Origin: Lama glama
Lineage: Eukaryota
DNA length: 64,000 nt
NCBI GenBank assembly: GCA_028534125.1
Contig: CM052818.1
Location: 22,570,001-22,634,000, forward strand
Direction: 5' to 3'
Under the pieces are notes generated by a model. The model saw only the letters and a program-made list of their open reading frames with translations, did no database searches and was not told the DNA's origin. How positions within the stretch are numbered: position 1 is the first letter of the stretch; each line of letters begins with the position of its first letter. Both the position numbers and the translations under genes were made by a program. Below, piece after piece: positions 62,448 through 64,000 of the stretch.

Positions 62448-62782
62448 TGAGCCCCCAGCCCTGCCCCTGCCCCTGGCTCTCTTGAGGAGCTCTGCGCTCT
62501 GGCGGGGAGAGCAGACCCATCCCAGCAGTGCTCCTCGGCAGCACTGGCCAGCCCGGAGCCACCACGCCCAGGATTTAGGGAGAAAGTCTGCCTCTCCCGG
62601 GGTGGGAGGACCCCGGGCTGGAAAGCAACCTGGGGAGGGGAGGGAAAGGATGGCAGATATACAACAAGTTGTGTGAGGGCCCCACGAGCATATGTGGGCT
62701 CCTGTGCCCTTGAGTGTATGAGTGTAAGTGTGTGTGTTCCTGTGTCTCACTAGCCACTCCCCCTGCCCATTTCTTCCTGTAG

Positions 62783-62826
62783 GTTCTTCAGCTCTGAGCA
62801 GCACAGAACAGGGAAGCCCAAGCCTG
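62783..62826 (+). CDS. HAAO: HAAO coding exon 6 (-FFSSEQHRTGKPKP-)
   Basis: tgtag| acceptor, |gtgagg donor; 44 nt. Confidence 0.97.
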
Positions 62827-63026
62827 GTGAGGCCACTGGGAACCACCTTTCTCCCTCCCTCCCTCCCTCCCTTCCCATAGAAGGATGGCTCTTGGCCCTG
62901 GGTACCAGGGAGTCTCCTTTTGAGTACTCTGTCCAGTACTCAAGGCACAAGAAAATGGCACCAAATAGTACCCCCACATGGCTGCTTGGTCCTTGAGCTG
63001 GATCCAGAGCCCATTCCAGCGACTAG

Positions 63027-63314
<288 letters not shown>

Positions 63315-63649
63315 TAGTCACACATGAACACACACACTCACTTGCCAGTTTTGGAGGTTGCAGACACGATCATAGACTTTCCTTTTTCCTCCCTGACTCA
63401 GAGAATGATGGCTTTGCTGTGAGTGGAAGCCCGTGGAAGCTACCTGGTCCCCAGCAATCCTCCTTTGCTTTCAGAGTAAGGGGTTGCCCCCATCCACAAC
63501 AGGTTTCTGAGAGTCTAGTGTCAACCCCCTGCCAGGAATTCCTGGGCCTTTGGCCAATCATAGCCTTAGGAGCCAGAAGGGAGAGAGATACTTGGGGGTG
63601 AGGATTGGGTGAAGAGTTGCACAGTGAGAGAGCCCAACAAAGCTGGCCT

Positions 63650-64000
63650 CCTTTCATTCAACATTTATTGATGGCCTGTTATGTTTCAGGTTTTGGTAGG
63701 AAAAATAAGATAGATCAAAGTATTGTCTGGCAATTGGACAAGTTAATCAACAATTGCCACAAGCATGTGACACATTCTTTGCTAGAGACGCTACGGGAAG
63801 CCATAGGAGGATAAAGAAGGAACCCAGCTGTGAGGGAAGTCAGGGAAGACTTCCTGGCAGAGGTGATGTATAGGCTGAGCTTTAAAGCTAATATAGGAGT
63901 TTGCAAAAGGAAGAAAGAGAGATGGAGAGAGCATTCCAGGTGAAAGAAGCATGAGCAAAGGTCTGGAGGCTTGAAACTGACTGATATTGCAGATAGCTGA
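63650..64000 (-). mobile_element. L2 LINE 3' end
   Basis: 'ttcattcaacatttattgatggcctgttatgtttcagg...gtcagggaagacttcctggcagaggtgatg'. Confidence 0.75.

Overview
Mammalian genomic DNA, almost certainly camelid (alpaca/llama/camel): it carries four copies of the tRNA-Ala(AGC)-derived Vic-1-type SINE and an artiodactyl-like HAAO protein. The only protein-coding gene I can support is HAAO (3-hydroxyanthranilate 3,4-dioxygenase, kynurenine/de novo NAD+ pathway) on the + strand. Coding exons 1-7 (210 codons, 55567-63257) are present with GT-AG introns and intact Fe ligands; the remaining exons lie beyond the window. An intron-containing tRNA-Ile(TAT) gene lies on the - strand at 44323-44415, inside its own CpG island about 11 kb upstream of HAAO. 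The first ~43 kb is intergenic: GC-rich unique sequence with candidate enhancers and CTCF sites, mixed with old MaLR LTRs, hAT/Tigger DNA transposons, MIR/L2/CR1 relics and an AT-rich L1 block (~36-43 kb). Nearly all ORFs in the supplied track are chance ORFs or L1/CR1 relics. I see no convincing new biological system. The best leads are (i) a MaLR element whose two LTRs are inverted, with a perfect 19-bp terminal inverted repeat and a possible shared target-site duplication, (ii) a tDNA/CTCF island plus a switch in CTCF orientation around the HAAO promoter, (iii) a dense FOX/GRHL/HOX motif cluster with a nearby candidate non-coding exon, and (iv) a competing splice donor inside HAAO exon 1. 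Repeat subfamily names come from remembered consensus sequences and repeat boundaries are approximate.
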